Source: Gracilinanus agilis
Lineage: Eukaryota
NCBI RefSeq assembly: GCF_016433145.1
Contig: NC_058130.1
Span: forward strand, 183,516,172 to 183,549,171
Direction of reading: 5' to 3'
Length of the DNA stretch: 33,000 nt
In this document: positions 1 through 11,066 of the stretch, in pieces
Position numbering within the stretch: position 1 is the first letter of the stretch
Layout of the letters: every line of letters begins with the position of its first letter
The notes under the pieces: model-generated
Database searches by the model: none
Seen by the model: the letters and a program-made list of their open reading frames with translations, nothing else
Told to the model about the DNA's origin: nothing
Translations under genes and position numbers: made by a program

Positions 1-9
1 TTTAAATGA

Positions 10-460
10 TATAGTCCCTACTCAAGGTGTTTACAGCTATACAAAGGACTAAGATGTGAACATATATACTATTTTAAAAGCTAGAATATAATATTAATAT
101 AAGTAAGGTCACAAAGTAAGGCTTGAAGGATTCAGGAAGGGAGGAATAATTTTTTAATTAGAGATTTCAGGGACGGCTTCATAGAAGAGGTGCTACTCTC
201 TAAGCTAGCCCTTGAAAGAAGGCAAAGATTTAAAGAGACAATGATATGAAGGGAACCTGTCCAGGTATGGAGGATCCATTTAATATTTATAGGCAAAGAA
301 CTTACCTAAGCCTCTGAAGTATACAATATAATGACAGAAGGTTCTCAAACAGTTTGTTACCTAGCTGGGAACAGAGTATATAAATACAGAAAGATAACGA
401 ATACTATATAGCTATTAAATGTGGTATAACAGAAGCTATAAGAGTTTTAAGAAATTCTGT
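10..460 (-). mobile_element. L2 LINE fragments (ancient, approximate bounds)
   Basis: Degenerate antisense L2 3'-region motifs: gtccctactcaaggtgtttacagcta, ggcttcatagaagaggtg, gcccttgaaagaagg. Confidence 0.6.
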
Positions 461-539
461 TATGAACTAAGAGGGAGGGGATTCCGAGGCAAAGATAAGG
501 CGCTGAGGTAGGTTTCTAGAATGACAGGCAGGATAAGTT

Positions 540-660
540 CAATCAATCAAAATCAATTTCTCTCCTTCCCATTCACCTTCCCCCTGACAAATGAAAAAGA
601 GAAACAAAGCTTTTGTAACAAATATGTATAGTTAAGCAAAATAAAGACAGGTAGGATTTA
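540..660 (-). mobile_element. Old marsupial L1 3'-end fragment
   Basis: aaaaagagaaacaaagcttttgtaacaaatatgtatagttaagcaaaataaa resembles marsupial L1 3' UTR text as I recall it. Confidence 0.4.
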
Positions 661-973
661 GTTAAGTAGAAGGATGGCATTCCAAGGAGAAGGAATAGTG
701 TGGAAGAATCTGGAGGTACAAAATCAGAAGGAATATTGAGCAAATAAAAAATCAATTTAGCTATAACAAACTATTGCTAATAAGTGTAAACTCCTTAAGG
801 GTAGAGACTTGTTTAAAAAAATTAGGTTTTTATATTTGAATATCTAGCTCAGAGAGCTGATCAATCTAATACATCTCAACAAACAATAAAAGCTAGCAAT
901 GAATTGGGTAAGAATCCTAATTGTGAAGTAAGAGAATTTAAATTCAACTCCCATCTCTGACTCTTACTAGCTA

Positions 974-1306
974 TGTTACAAATAAAAATGATATAGAAGG
1001 ATATATAGTAAAATATTAAGGGTTTATTGTAATCCATATTGTTAATTAAGAAAGCCACATGCCTGCTAAGATCTAATCCAAATGCCTGCCATGCTTACCC
1101 TCTGGCTGCTTCCTAGGAAAGAGACTGTGTCCCAATCATGTCCTAAGTCTTATACCTCTCTCTAGGTAATCACACTTCCTGCCCATCTGTATTACGCAAG
1201 AGGAATTATGGGAAGTGTAGTTTTGAAAGAGTCCTAAATGTCCACAGGAAGTTTAGACCAGGAAGCTCAAAATCAGTTCAAAGAACCCCAAATTTCCAAT
1301 ATCACA
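974..1306 (-). mobile_element. ERV1-type solo LTR (333 bp)
   Basis: TG...CA termini, 4-bp TSD gcta (970-973 and 1307-1310), minus-strand AATAAA near 1025 and a TATA-like gtataaga upstream of it. Confidence 0.85.
1203..1222 (-). promoter_or_regulatory. ZNF143/Staf (SBS)-like motif inside the solo LTR
   Basis: Minus strand reads aactacacttcccataattc, matching the ACTACAnnTCCCAnAAT form of the ZNF143 site. Function not shown. Confidence 0.45.
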
Positions 1307-1996
1307 GCTATGTGTCCTTGGATGAGTCACTTAACCTCCCTGAGCCTCAATTTTCTCATCTTCAAAATGAAGGAGACTGTAGTAAATGGGCCTTTGTGAT
1401 CTTTTCAACTTCAGATTTATAATTCTATGGTCTTTTGGCCCAAGACTGATGACAAAAGATCTTGAGTGCATTTGGAAAATTAAATCCAAAGCTTCCCCCA
1501 TATAAAGGAGGGGAAGAGGAGGAAGGCATCTTTGAACATAAATATTTCACTGATATTGTTGTATAATTTCTGGAATTCCCCATGTAGGAAGAGCCCACAG
1601 TCTCATACCAATGGTGCCTAAACTAATAAATGCTAGCTTTTCTCTCTCAGTTTCTCACATGTCATTAAGGCTGGCAAGCAAATGAAGATAACCTTCCAAC
1701 TGGCATATAGCAGACTTACTGAAACAACAACAGCAACAACAATAAAACCAATTGTCCTTCTTCCAGAAATGACCACTCATGGACAATCTCTATGGTAAAT
1801 AAATGTTTTTAATTTATTCAGAGATCTTAGTAAAATTATTTAAGCCATGCTGAGATGAGATATTAAAAAGCTATTTACTACTAGAGTATGGACATGTATA
1901 AAACACACACATAAAAACACATATAGGGATGAATGGTTTAGGACCACACAAAAAGCTTGTTTTCACTGCCCTGAATTATAACATTATTCTCCTAGG

Positions 1997-2229
1997 ACTG
2001 CTGTTGATGTTGTCTAATTATATCTGACTATGTGACCCTGTGGACCATATTGGGGTTTTCTTAGCAAAGATAATGAAAGGGTTTGTCATTTCCTTCTCCA
2101 GTCAATTAAGGTAACCAGAGGTTAAGTGATTTTCCCAGGTCATGCAGCTAGTGTCAGAGATCAGAATGAACTCAGGTTTTCTTGATTCCAGGACCAGCAC
2201 TCTAGTCACTGAGTCACTTAGTTGCCTCC
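1997..2229 (-). mobile_element. Mar1-type CORE-SINE with RTE-derived tail
   Basis: ggggttttcttagcaaagat...tttgtcatttccttctccag plus antisense CORE ggttaagtgattttcccagggtcatgcagctag. Confidence 0.75.
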
Positions 2230-2278
2230 TAGGATTGATATTTCACAAAAACCAAAAACATTTACAACCTCTCCAACA

Positions 2279-2284
2279 TTTATT
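2279..2284 (-). terminator. Candidate poly(A) signal of the minus-strand gene
   Basis: AATAAA on the minus strand followed about 20 nt later by the U/GU-rich tract tgtttttggtttttgtg. A second AATAAA at 1813-1818 could be a distal site. Confidence 0.55.
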
Positions 2285-2899
2285 CCTTTATGGACAACAG
2301 AAAAACCAACAGGTCTCAAAAAGAAAAGAAGTCATCCCTTCTTGTCCTCCTTAGCTCAGACTGGAGGTCTTAAGAATGGCTGAATGCCTCAGCTTGCAGT
2401 CAGGACTGAACTACTGATGTCCAGATGCTACTTCTAGAAGAACTCATTCCCAAACTGGGCATCTGGGTTCTGCCTCTGCCAAGCTCACACCAACTATTGG
2501 CTCTGTTTTTGGAATCCTCAAAGAAGCACTATATTCCTTGCCAAAAGTATGAAGATGCGAGGCACCAAGCAAAAGCTTAAACTGGATTCACATACCAAAA
2601 TGCTTTAAAACTAAGTTGTTTTTAAATACATTGAGTCAAAAGAGAAGTTAGCAGTAAAAGCATGAATTGCCAGCATGATCAGAGAATGAAGGATGACATT
2701 TAGTTAGCAAAGATATTTCCTTGTAGCAAGGATCACTTCTATAAAGAGAAAATTATCTTCCTTTCAAACATTATACCTTTCAAAAGAAATATAGTTAGTC
2801 TGATGTCAAATAGAAAAAGAATTAAGAGAAAGTACAATAACAATTTGAGGGCTACATTCAGAGTTCACTCAATGATATAATAATTTTAAATTATTTAAT

Positions 2900-3085
2900 A
2901 AGATCATAGATTTTAGGTTGAAAGGGATCTCAGATATCTCTGAGTCAACCTCTCTATTTTGACCATAGAGAAACAAAACCCAGGAAAGTAAAATGACTTA
3001 TTGAAGATACTACAGAGAGTCAATAGCAGATTCAGATCCTCTAATTCTAAATCCTGCATTGTATTCACTACATCGCAAGGTTGCA
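2900..3085 (-). mobile_element. MIR/MIR3 fragment
   Basis: gatcatagattttaggttgaaagggatctcag...gaaagtaaaatgactta...ttcagatcctctaattctaaatcc. Confidence 0.65.
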
Positions 3086-3204
3086 CCACAGTGAGCCTAA
3101 CATATGTGAAAAGAATGTCATGATAGGAACATGTGTGGAGAGAAAGTTGAAGACTTATATATATGATTTAGAACTTATTGTCAAATCTTTTCTCTCTTGA
3201 ATGC

Positions 3205-3300
3205 TTAAACCTTCTCTGTCTCAAAAGCCCCAGAGCTACCCCAGAAGATTGCTGTTGAGGCTCCTGCAAAGACGATGGCTGAAGAGAAGTAGCAGACGAA
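3205..3300 (-). CDS. Terminal coding exon of an unidentified membrane protein (FVCYFSSAIVFAGASTAIFWGSSGAFETEKV*)
   Basis: Acceptor ttgtaatttcttcag, phase 0 matching the previous exon, 96 nt ending in TAA, hydrophobic helix, locally higher GC with two retained CpGs. Confidence 0.7.
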   Translation of the reverse strand, partial: FVCYFSSAIVFAGASTAIFWGSSGAFETEKV

Positions 3301-3491
3301 CTGAAGAAATTACAATCATGACATGAATATCCCAGATCAAATTATTTGCCATCTCAAGAAGTGGAGAAGAGAGAGATGGAGGAAGAGAAATTGGAACTCT
3401 CCATCTTTAAAAAAATGTAAAAAATTGTTTTTACATGTAATTGGAAAAAAATAACGGATTTTTTTAAAGACTAAAGAGAGACAAAAAAAAA

Positions 3492-3567
3492 GGAAGGAAG
3501 GAAGGAAGGAAGGAAGGAAGGAAGGAAGGAAGGAAGGAAGGAAGGAAGGAAGGAAGGAAGGAAGGAA
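3492..3567. repeat. (GGAA)19 microsatellite
   Basis: Perfect tetranucleotide run of 76 nt. Confidence 0.97.
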
Positions 3568-3929
3568 AAAAAGGTGCAGTAAGAGCCGCCAACAAAGTAG
3601 GTAATTCTGGGATCCTAAAGAAAGGGAGCAGTGAATTGGGGTTTAGAACATATTTTCTTATAAAAACAACATATAAAGAGTTAATGGATTCTCTAGAACT
3701 ACAGCAGTAATACTGTTAATACAGCTCCATTAGGGAGTAAAGAGAATTTTGAGGATTGATCTGCATAATATTCTAAGGAAGAACATATTCTAAATTTAAA
3801 AAAACTAATTTATAATGTTTTAGAATATAATCCATTGCTAAGATGGATACTGCCCATATAAATAATAATATAATTATAGATCACAAACTCTTCACTGAAA
3901 TTATTGTAAAGGGGTAATGGTGACAAAAT

Positions 3930-4070
3930 TGAAGGAAAACTACTAGTTCTAGAGTCAAAGGACCTGGCTTCAAATCCTGCCTCTAAAGCCTGTGAGAACT
4001 AGATCTCATTTCCTGCATATGTAAAATGACAAAATAGCATTTAAATTCCTTCCAGCTCAGGATCTATATC
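3930..4070 (+). mobile_element. MIR fragment
   Basis: ctagagtcaaaggacctggcttcaaatcctgcctct...tttcctgcatatgtaaaatg...aaattccttccagctc. Confidence 0.65.
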
Positions 4071-4216
4071 CTACTTAGGGGACTTTTTATTTGAAATTTC
4101 TAAAAAGCACAAGTCAGTACTACTGAAGGTTAGCCAGAAAGATTAATAAAATTTTATGTGAACACAAACAAACTCTATTCTACTCTTCTGAGCAAAATAA
4201 AGCAAAAAGTACTCAC

Positions 4217-4362
4217 TGCTGGACTATGAAATAAAGAATATATACTAAAGACAAACGTGGCCAACAAAATGTGGCTTGTAGTCACTAAAAAATAAACTCC
4301 AAAATTTGTATTCTTAGACTTGACACATTGATTTGTCTCATTTCTAGAAAATCTTCTATCTT
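4217..4362 (-). CDS. Penultimate coding exon (EDRRFSRNETNQCVKSKNTNFGVYFLVTTSHILLATFVFSIYSLFHSPA)
   Basis: Strong acceptor ttttgttttccatctttttctaaag, donor GCA/gtgagt, 146 nt open, phase 1 in and phase 0 out. Corresponds to part of ORF 4175-4441. Confidence 0.72.
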
Positions 4363-4830
4363 CTTTAGAAAAAGATGGAAAACAAAAATAATCAGAAGAA
4401 AAACTGTTTGGCAAAATCATAAAAAACAGGGAAGCATTCAAGATGCAATCAAACAGGCAACTGGATGAGCTAGATGTATGTGAGTATCACAGGCCATTTT
4501 AACATAATCATTTTTAAAAGAGAAAAGTCTTCAATATAGCAACCAGAAGAACAGGAAGAAAAAATTAATAATGGAAGATGAGCTGTAACACTATGAATTA
4601 ATCTCTCTGGAGAAAAAGAAGCATGAATGACCCGTTATAAAACAGGCATTCATTTCATTTAAGGGAGCTATAGTTAATCTAAGAACATGCCTAGAAAGAG
4701 CAATGTGCCCACAGACCAGGCAATGCTTCGATTCATTTGTTGGACTTACTGTGAATGTGAAAAAAATATAGTCACCCTGGTTCTTAAATAGCCCTGGGGT
4801 TCAGTTTTATTTTTAGAAAGTATGGGATCA

Positions 4831-5021
4831 AGGCAGGTAGGTAGCATATTTGATAGAGCGCCAGGCCTGGAGTCTGGAGGACCTGGGTTCAAATCTGACC
4901 TCAAACACTTCCTAGCTGTGTGACCCTGGGCAAATCACTTAACTCCCATTGCTTAGCCCTTACTGCTCTTCTTTTTACAATTAATATGAAGACAGAGGAT
5001 AAGAGTTTAAAAAATAAACAA
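4831..5021 (+). mobile_element. SINE1_Mdo/Mar3-like CORE-SINE (older copy)
   Basis: tRNA-like head with B box gggttcaaatc, CORE gctgtgtgaccctgggcaaatcacttaac, 3' part cccattgcttagcccttactgctcttc, A-rich tail. Confidence 0.8.
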
Positions 5022-5559
5022 AGCCCCACCCCCCTCTGCCCAGCAGCCCAATGGGATCACTTCCTCCCTCTACAGTGTGGGGTAAAAGGGGCAGACAGGA
5101 CATACCCAGAATGTTGGGAAGGGGGGGGGGGGGGCGAGCGGGGCAGGCACACCACTTCATCTCTAAAAGTTTACCAGTATTGCTTCAGAATATGTTTCCA
5201 ATATGCTTTCAAAATCAATTTAACATATGTCTTCACATGAGGCATTGAAGTTCCAGTAGAAACCTATATGTTAGAGAAACCTAAACCTGTACATTGGAGA
5301 AAAATGGAGGTTTTTATATCTGCAATACATCAAAGGACCTATTCATATTCCCAAATAGGACATTGCAACAGGCAGAGAAGAAAAGAAGGTTGCTATTTTT
5401 CATGTATCTCTGTGCCTTTTAATTGTTGCAAAATGAAAGCTAGTTCCAAACATTCTCAAGAGTAACAATAATACAAATGCATAGTGAGAAAGCATAAAAG
5501 GAAAATATAAAAAGTTTCACACACATACAAAAAAAAAAAAATGCCCTCTACTGGGGAAT

Positions 5560-5960
5560 AGTGGAAAGAGAACTGGCCTTAAAAGCAGGAAGACAGACCC
5601 AACCTCTCTGTCTCTGGCACCCACTGACAAGATGACCCTGGGCAAGTCTCTTAGGACTTGTATGCAACTCTTTATGATTTAAAATTGCTGAGAAGACAAA
5701 GATCTGTTTTAGTAAAGAAAGTTTCCTTACCTGGCAATTCTATAGACCAATCAAATCACATATTTGTCCTATATCTATATAGTGCAATGAGCAGCAGATC
5801 TAGTCAGAAGACCTGAATTCAAATCTCTGCTGTTACTTCTGCTATGACCTCCAACCAACTATTTTAACTCTTCTAGAAGTGTCATTTCATCAAAAAAAAA
5901 AAAAAAGAGTAGTAGTTTTGAGTAAATGATATCTAATGGTTCCCATTCAGTTCTAAAATC
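5560..5960 (+). mobile_element. CORE-SINE (WALLSI4/MIR3-like) followed by a MIR fragment
   Basis: gatgaccctgggcaagtctctta...gcaactcttt...gtttccttacctgg...accaatcaaatcaca, then gacctgaattcaaatctctgc. Confidence 0.6.
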
Positions 5961-6156
5961 TAATGATTCTACTCTGGCAGTACTACATGCAAAATGATAC
6001 ATCCATGTCAGTACAATTGTTCAAATTTTTTATCCTAACCTAATCTAAAATATCTACAATATTAAAGGATGACTATAGTTGTCACTAATTTAGAACATTT
6101 TTGGTCCATTTTATTATTATATATATTAATGGCTCTAGCACTTTTCTCTCTCATAC

Positions 6157-6230
6157 CTCTCTTCATGATAAAGAGTTTATTGACTCCTATCAAATAATAA
6201 CTGATTTCCTTAAACTCCAAAGTTTCAAAA
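6157..6230 (-). CDS. Internal coding exon (FETLEFKEISYYLIGVNKLFIMKR)
   Basis: Acceptor ccctttcatgctttttaattag, donor GAG/gtatga, 74 nt open, phase 2 in and phase 1 out, matching the exon at 4362. Confidence 0.65.
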
Positions 6231-6439
6231 CTAATTAAAAAGCATGAAAGGGGCCTAATTTTCTACTAAGTAATAGTGGGATTGTTATTTAATTATCAAA
6301 AACACATCTGGACTCTTACTATAATAGTCTAATATGGAAGGAAGTATGAAATACTGAGTTAACCCAAAGTGTTATGGAATTTCTCTTCTGAACTCCAATT
6401 CTAAACTTCTCTATTTCTTTACAAGAAACTACCATACTT

Positions 6440-7570
6440 CTATGTGCCCAGGGTCATAACATCAAAATCATCCTCAATTCTTCTCTCTTTCTAATCAAAA
6501 CATAAAATAAATTCTAAAGTCCTGCCAATGATACCTCCCCATCACATCATCCCTCTCATTCTCTCACTCACATAGTTAAAACCCTAGAACAGACCTTTAT
6601 CTCTTCTTATCTAGACTATTGCAATAACCTAAATAAGGCTCCAAGCTTCTAATCTCTCTCCACCCCAATCAACTTTCCAAACAGCCACCAAAACAATGCT
6701 TCTAAATCACAAGTCTGAAATGTCATCCCACCATTCAAAAACCTTAAGAGGTTTCCTATTGCCTACAGGATAAAATACAAACTCCTTGCTTTGGTATTTA
6801 AGGTCTTTTACAGTGTTACTCCACACTATATTTTCAGGTTTTAGAATTATTCTGCCTCATTTTTTTTACTGTGAATTCATCAACAACAATCACGAATATT
6901 TCAATAGAGGAAGAACAGAGATGTGGAATGTACCAAAAGCTCAGAGTAACTGTTATGCAGTTTTTTAAAGAAATGTAAATATATGCTTAACAAAGTACTA
7001 TTCTATTCCTTCCTAATGTTCCCTTTGTGCACAACATAAGATGTCTTTTCATGTCAATCATTATCCACCAATTCATATCCTCCTCCCTCTCAGCAAAAGC
7101 ACACACTTACACCCAATATATAAAATAAAGTAGAACAAATCAATATATACAGGCAGTGTTTGAGAATGCATGCCTGGTTCTTCACCACTGATACATCTCT
7201 TCTCTACCTACAGGTTTCCAGTCTTATTTCATAGTATTTCCCTTTATATAGCACATTCTAATTTAAAAAAGGCTACTTACAATTCCCAGAACTCAGCACA
7301 CTCCAGGTTGTTTTTGCACAAGAAGTCTCCCTTGCCTGGAATATATTTCTTTCTTGCCTCTTTCTTATTAGCATTCCCTGTATTTGTCCTCTTTTTCTCC
7401 TCATTACAGTGTATTTATTTTTCTGTCTCTATGTTGTATTTCCCCAATTGAACGGAAGTTCCTTGAGTGTACAGAGTGTGTTTTGTTTTATCTATGCATC
7501 CTCAGTACCTAATACAATGCCTTTATACAAAACAAGCACTCAAAAATGCTTTTTTGGATTGAGTTGGATG
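6440..7570 (+). mobile_element. L2 3' region interrupted by an old L1 3'-end fragment (~6860-7200)
   Basis: L2 motifs tcatcctcaattcttctctc, ctagactattgcaataacct, cctattgcctacaggataaaatacaaactcctt, ttccttgagtgtacagag...cctcagtacctaatacaatgcc. Confidence 0.7.
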
Positions 7571-7829
7571 ACCTTATAATTAAATTACTGGGAACAGCAG
7601 CAAAACAAAATAACTTCTGAAGACCATTAGATTGTATTAGATGATATTATTATTCAATTACTAGGAATAGTAGCAATTCAAAATAACTTTTGAAGATCAG
7701 TATGTTACAAAATACAATAACTGAGGTTTCTTCTTTCTTTCCCTCACTAAAAATATCCCAGAGTTAACTGAGGAAAAGGTCATTGAAAGCTGCCTATTGG
7801 TACAAGAATTGAGACATTGATGTTCTCTT

Positions 7830-9575
7830 GGTTTTCAAATATTCAAGAGTATCTGTAATCTGTGATATCATCTCTTTAAAAATGAAAATAACATCCCTTA
7901 CATTCCTTCCTACATGGTTCTCATTCAAGTCCTTGCAAAAATCTGCTACAAGGGCTCCACCTTTCCTCGACTGCTTACAACAGCACAAGGGTTTTATTGG
8001 AGTACTCTAGCCATCAACACATCTTCACTCTGACCACATGACCAATCTTCTCTGTCATATAATTACTTGATAATATCTTTTATTTCTGTTTTTCTGCAAG
8101 GTTCCTTTTTGTTATCCTAGTCATACTCGCCATGCACCTTTCTACTGCCTTCCATGTAACGTTCATCTTTGGTTCTCCAGGGGAAGTGGAGTTTCTGATA
8201 TCACTGCCAGACAACACTGATAAAACGTCTTTGTGGAAAAGATGGGCTTTTGCTGTTATGGAAAGCTTAAAGAAAGTGCTTTGTGATTCTCAAAAACAAT
8301 CTAGTCTTCTCTTTTGCATCTCTGGGCCTGGCTTGTTGTTCATCTATTTTGATTCTCTCAAGTAAACAGGTAAATATAGTTCTGGAAAAGCACTATTAGG
8401 TGTGCATTCATATGAATGGTGAAATTCTTAATCCATTCAGTATTTCTTGTGTGGATGGACTGATCAAATTTCTTTAAGTAAGCAGATTATATCAAAGTGG
8501 TTATAAAATATCATGGAGTTTGATGCAATCAACAGGATGTCATCTGCAAACAAGAGCATCTTGAAGATTTCATCATCCACAGAGAATCCCTCTTTGATCT
8601 GGACTCTGCAAAGCGAAAACTCATTCATAGGGGTGAATATTTGGGCAAACATATATCTCTCTTGTCTTATGCCCTTTTTTATTATCAAAGGGTAACCGAA
8701 CAGAATTATTTCTGTTGTTAGAACTGCCAAGCAATCTTGAATTATCTTGATATTTGGATGAGAGACATCTTATTGTTTAAAAAAAAATAGCCTGAAAGAT
8801 GCTTTTTTGAACCTCTTAGTTGAAATGCTTTTTCATAATCAATAAGCACAATGGAGTTTCTATACCTTTTAAGTTAAAATTGTGACGCAGTTAAGATATA
8901 TGGTCCATTGTTAAATATAATTTGTAGACACTTGGTCTGTACTCCATCATCCAGGATATCCACAATTCCTTATAGATGAAAGAGTTTGTATAGAGAGTGG
9001 GTATATATATCAGTAGTGATGTTTTCTCATCCTTTTATTTGTAAACAACAATGCCCAAGATTCTTTCTACATCCTTTGTATCTTCCCCTTCTATAGCTAC
9101 TTTGTAAAGAGTCTCTCAATATCTTCATAATTATATCATCTCCATCATGGACCACCTTGATGACCTTGATCCAATCCATCTTATCCCATCTTTGTTCTCA
9201 TGTCTGCCACTACAATTTCCTCTGTAGGTCCCTCAGGAACTATAGGGCTAAGATCCAAATGTGATGGTCAAACTATCCTTTAGAGAGAAAACAATTTGTT
9301 ATAATAATTTCTGCAAATATTTTCCATTTTTCTTCTATTTCTAATCCTTGTTCTATTTTCATCCTTGAATGGCTCTAAGATGACTTTGCTTAATTGAATA
9401 TCTTGTCTATCTTTCTCTAAACAGGTTTTATTCTCTATTGTTTTTCTCCCCTCTATGAATCAATATTGCTCATTATTTTCTGTCATCCTCCTTAATAAGG
9501 TTTTACCAATAAGTTTATATTCAAATGCAGTGTTGCCTTTGGTAGTCATCTCTTTCCATCAGAGAACTGCAGTGT
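7830..9575 (-). mobile_element. RTE-clade LINE, 5'-truncated and degraded
   Basis: ORF 8464-8730 contains GIRQ...LLFADDILLIA (RT YADD-type motif). The C-terminal GHVVRV/ARVL-like stretch near 7990-8050 is typical of the RTE ORF. Confidence 0.85.
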
Positions 9576-9639
9576 TGCTTCTCTTGGAATAGTTGAAAAA
9601 ACTTCCAATTAAAAAAATGGAACCTAATAATTGTGATGA

Positions 9640-10200
9640 GAAAAAGCACAGCATAGTGGATGGATGGAGAGTCAGTTTGAGTCAAAAAGACATGGGTTCA
9701 ACCTTTCACATGGTTGTGGAACTACAGATAAGTCACTTAACATTTCTGAGCCCCAGATAACTATAAACTATAACATGCAAAATAGTTGCAAATGTGCTTC
9801 CGTGGAAAGGAAGATTCCTCACTAAGAAGAGATAATATATGTAAAGTATTTTGCAACTGTTAAAGCACTCTATAAAAGCTAGTTATTGTTATCACACCAA
9901 TGAAATCATAGGTATGGATAGAAAATTGGAAAAATAGTGCTACTTAATGCTGCTGATAACTGAACATCAATATACAAAGTTCTTAAGGTTCTTTCATATC
10001 AGCAATCTTATTTTACCTCACAATACCTCTCTCTTTAAAACTAGTAGAGTACATGGTGTTTTCCCCATGTTACAGGTGAGGAAACTGAGGCTTAAGGCAA
10101 TATAATGATTTGCCTGTCACAATAAAAGGGGTTTTGATGAGTCAGGATTTGAGGCCAGCTCTAACTCAGAACCCAGGTCTTACTCCTAGTTTTTCATCTT
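9640..10200. mobile_element. Cluster of MIR/CORE-SINE fragments (plus ~9640-9900, minus ~9990-10200)
   Basis: cagataagtcacttaacatttctgagcc and, in the opposite sense, ccccatgttacaggtgaggaaactgaggcttaagg. Confidence 0.65.
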
Positions 10201-10221
10201 TCAACTTGAGCATGCTTCTTT

Positions 10222-11066
10222 TGTTATATTTAAGGAGGTCACTTGTATCTATTTGAGATAGTAGAAATGATGTACAGAGAGGACAAGATGACACTTCTCC
10301 TTTATAACAGTTGCCCAGGCAGGATCCTTCAAGTCAAAGAGGTTTATCCCTTCAGGACCCACCTGGGGTTAATTGATGTATTGATTTGGGCTCTTCAGCT
10401 AGAATAACGTTGATATTCTGACTGCGTTGACTCCCTTCCCAAAACAAGCTATGAAACTGATTTAGGAAGGTACTTTAAACTTTATATATTAATAAGAAAG
10501 ATAAGGGTAAAGGACTGAGGTAATAGGAAACCCTACTTAAATTGTTACTAATGAAACTCTCACTGTTAGCAACGAAGAATCAATGTAGTTTCCCTCTGGT
10601 TCAGCCTGGCCAAGACTAAACCAGAGTAGGTAAACTGCTGGGAAATCTTCAGCTTCTTCTTCTGTAGATCTTAAGCCTAACAGTTGAGATATATCCACCC
10701 TTTCCACCCTCTTCTTCGTCTCCTGCCCACTTTCCGTATCCCTCCCGGGCCCTGGGAAGCCTAGATAACTAGATGATGAAACTCCTAATATCTAGGGACA
10801 GTAGACACCTAGGTGATGGTCAAGCACAGGTTGATAACGGTATATCAAGACAGGAAGAGCTTGCAGAGAGATGTTTGCACCCTTTCACTCCAAGACCAGG
10901 ATCCACCAATCTCTAGCCTCCGGTCAGGTAAAAGACCCAGAATTTCTGCTCAGGGTTCTCAACTGCCCCTCCTGTCTCTCGCATGCCTCCCTGGGAAGAT
11001 TCTATCCAACTGACTTATCTGTCAATCACTGAATGAACTTCAAGTTCCCAGAGATTCAATATAACA
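10222..11066. mobile_element. ERV1-type solo LTR, family A copy 1 (845 bp)
   Basis: tgttata...tataaca termini, perfect 4-bp TSD cttt (10218-10221 and 11067-11070), reverse-complement homology to 26868-27748. Confidence 0.9.

Larger units (their letters stand above)
895..1425 (+). mobile_element. MIR/CORE-SINE split by a solo LTR
   Basis: CORE text tgactcttactagcta stops at 973 and resumes at 1307 as gctatgtgtccttggatgagtcacttaacctccctgagcctcaattttctcatc. Confidence 0.8.
2260..3204 (-). other. Putative 3' UTR of the minus-strand gene
   Basis: Lies between the TAA at 3205-3207 and the poly(A) signal at 2279-2284. Inferred from the exon model. Confidence 0.5.

Noticed and set aside
5175-5263. 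Minus-strand exon candidate VSTGTSMPHVKTYVKLILKAYWKHILKQY (donor CTG/gtaaac)
   Set aside because: Open only as phase 0 in and phase 2 out, which is incompatible with the flanking exons (phase 1 on both sides).
7747-7766. 20-nt minus-strand mini-exon (LTLGYF) that would fit the phase of the 6230 exon
   Set aside because: Moderate splice sites only, adjacent to the RTE 3' end, and such a match is easily obtained by chance.
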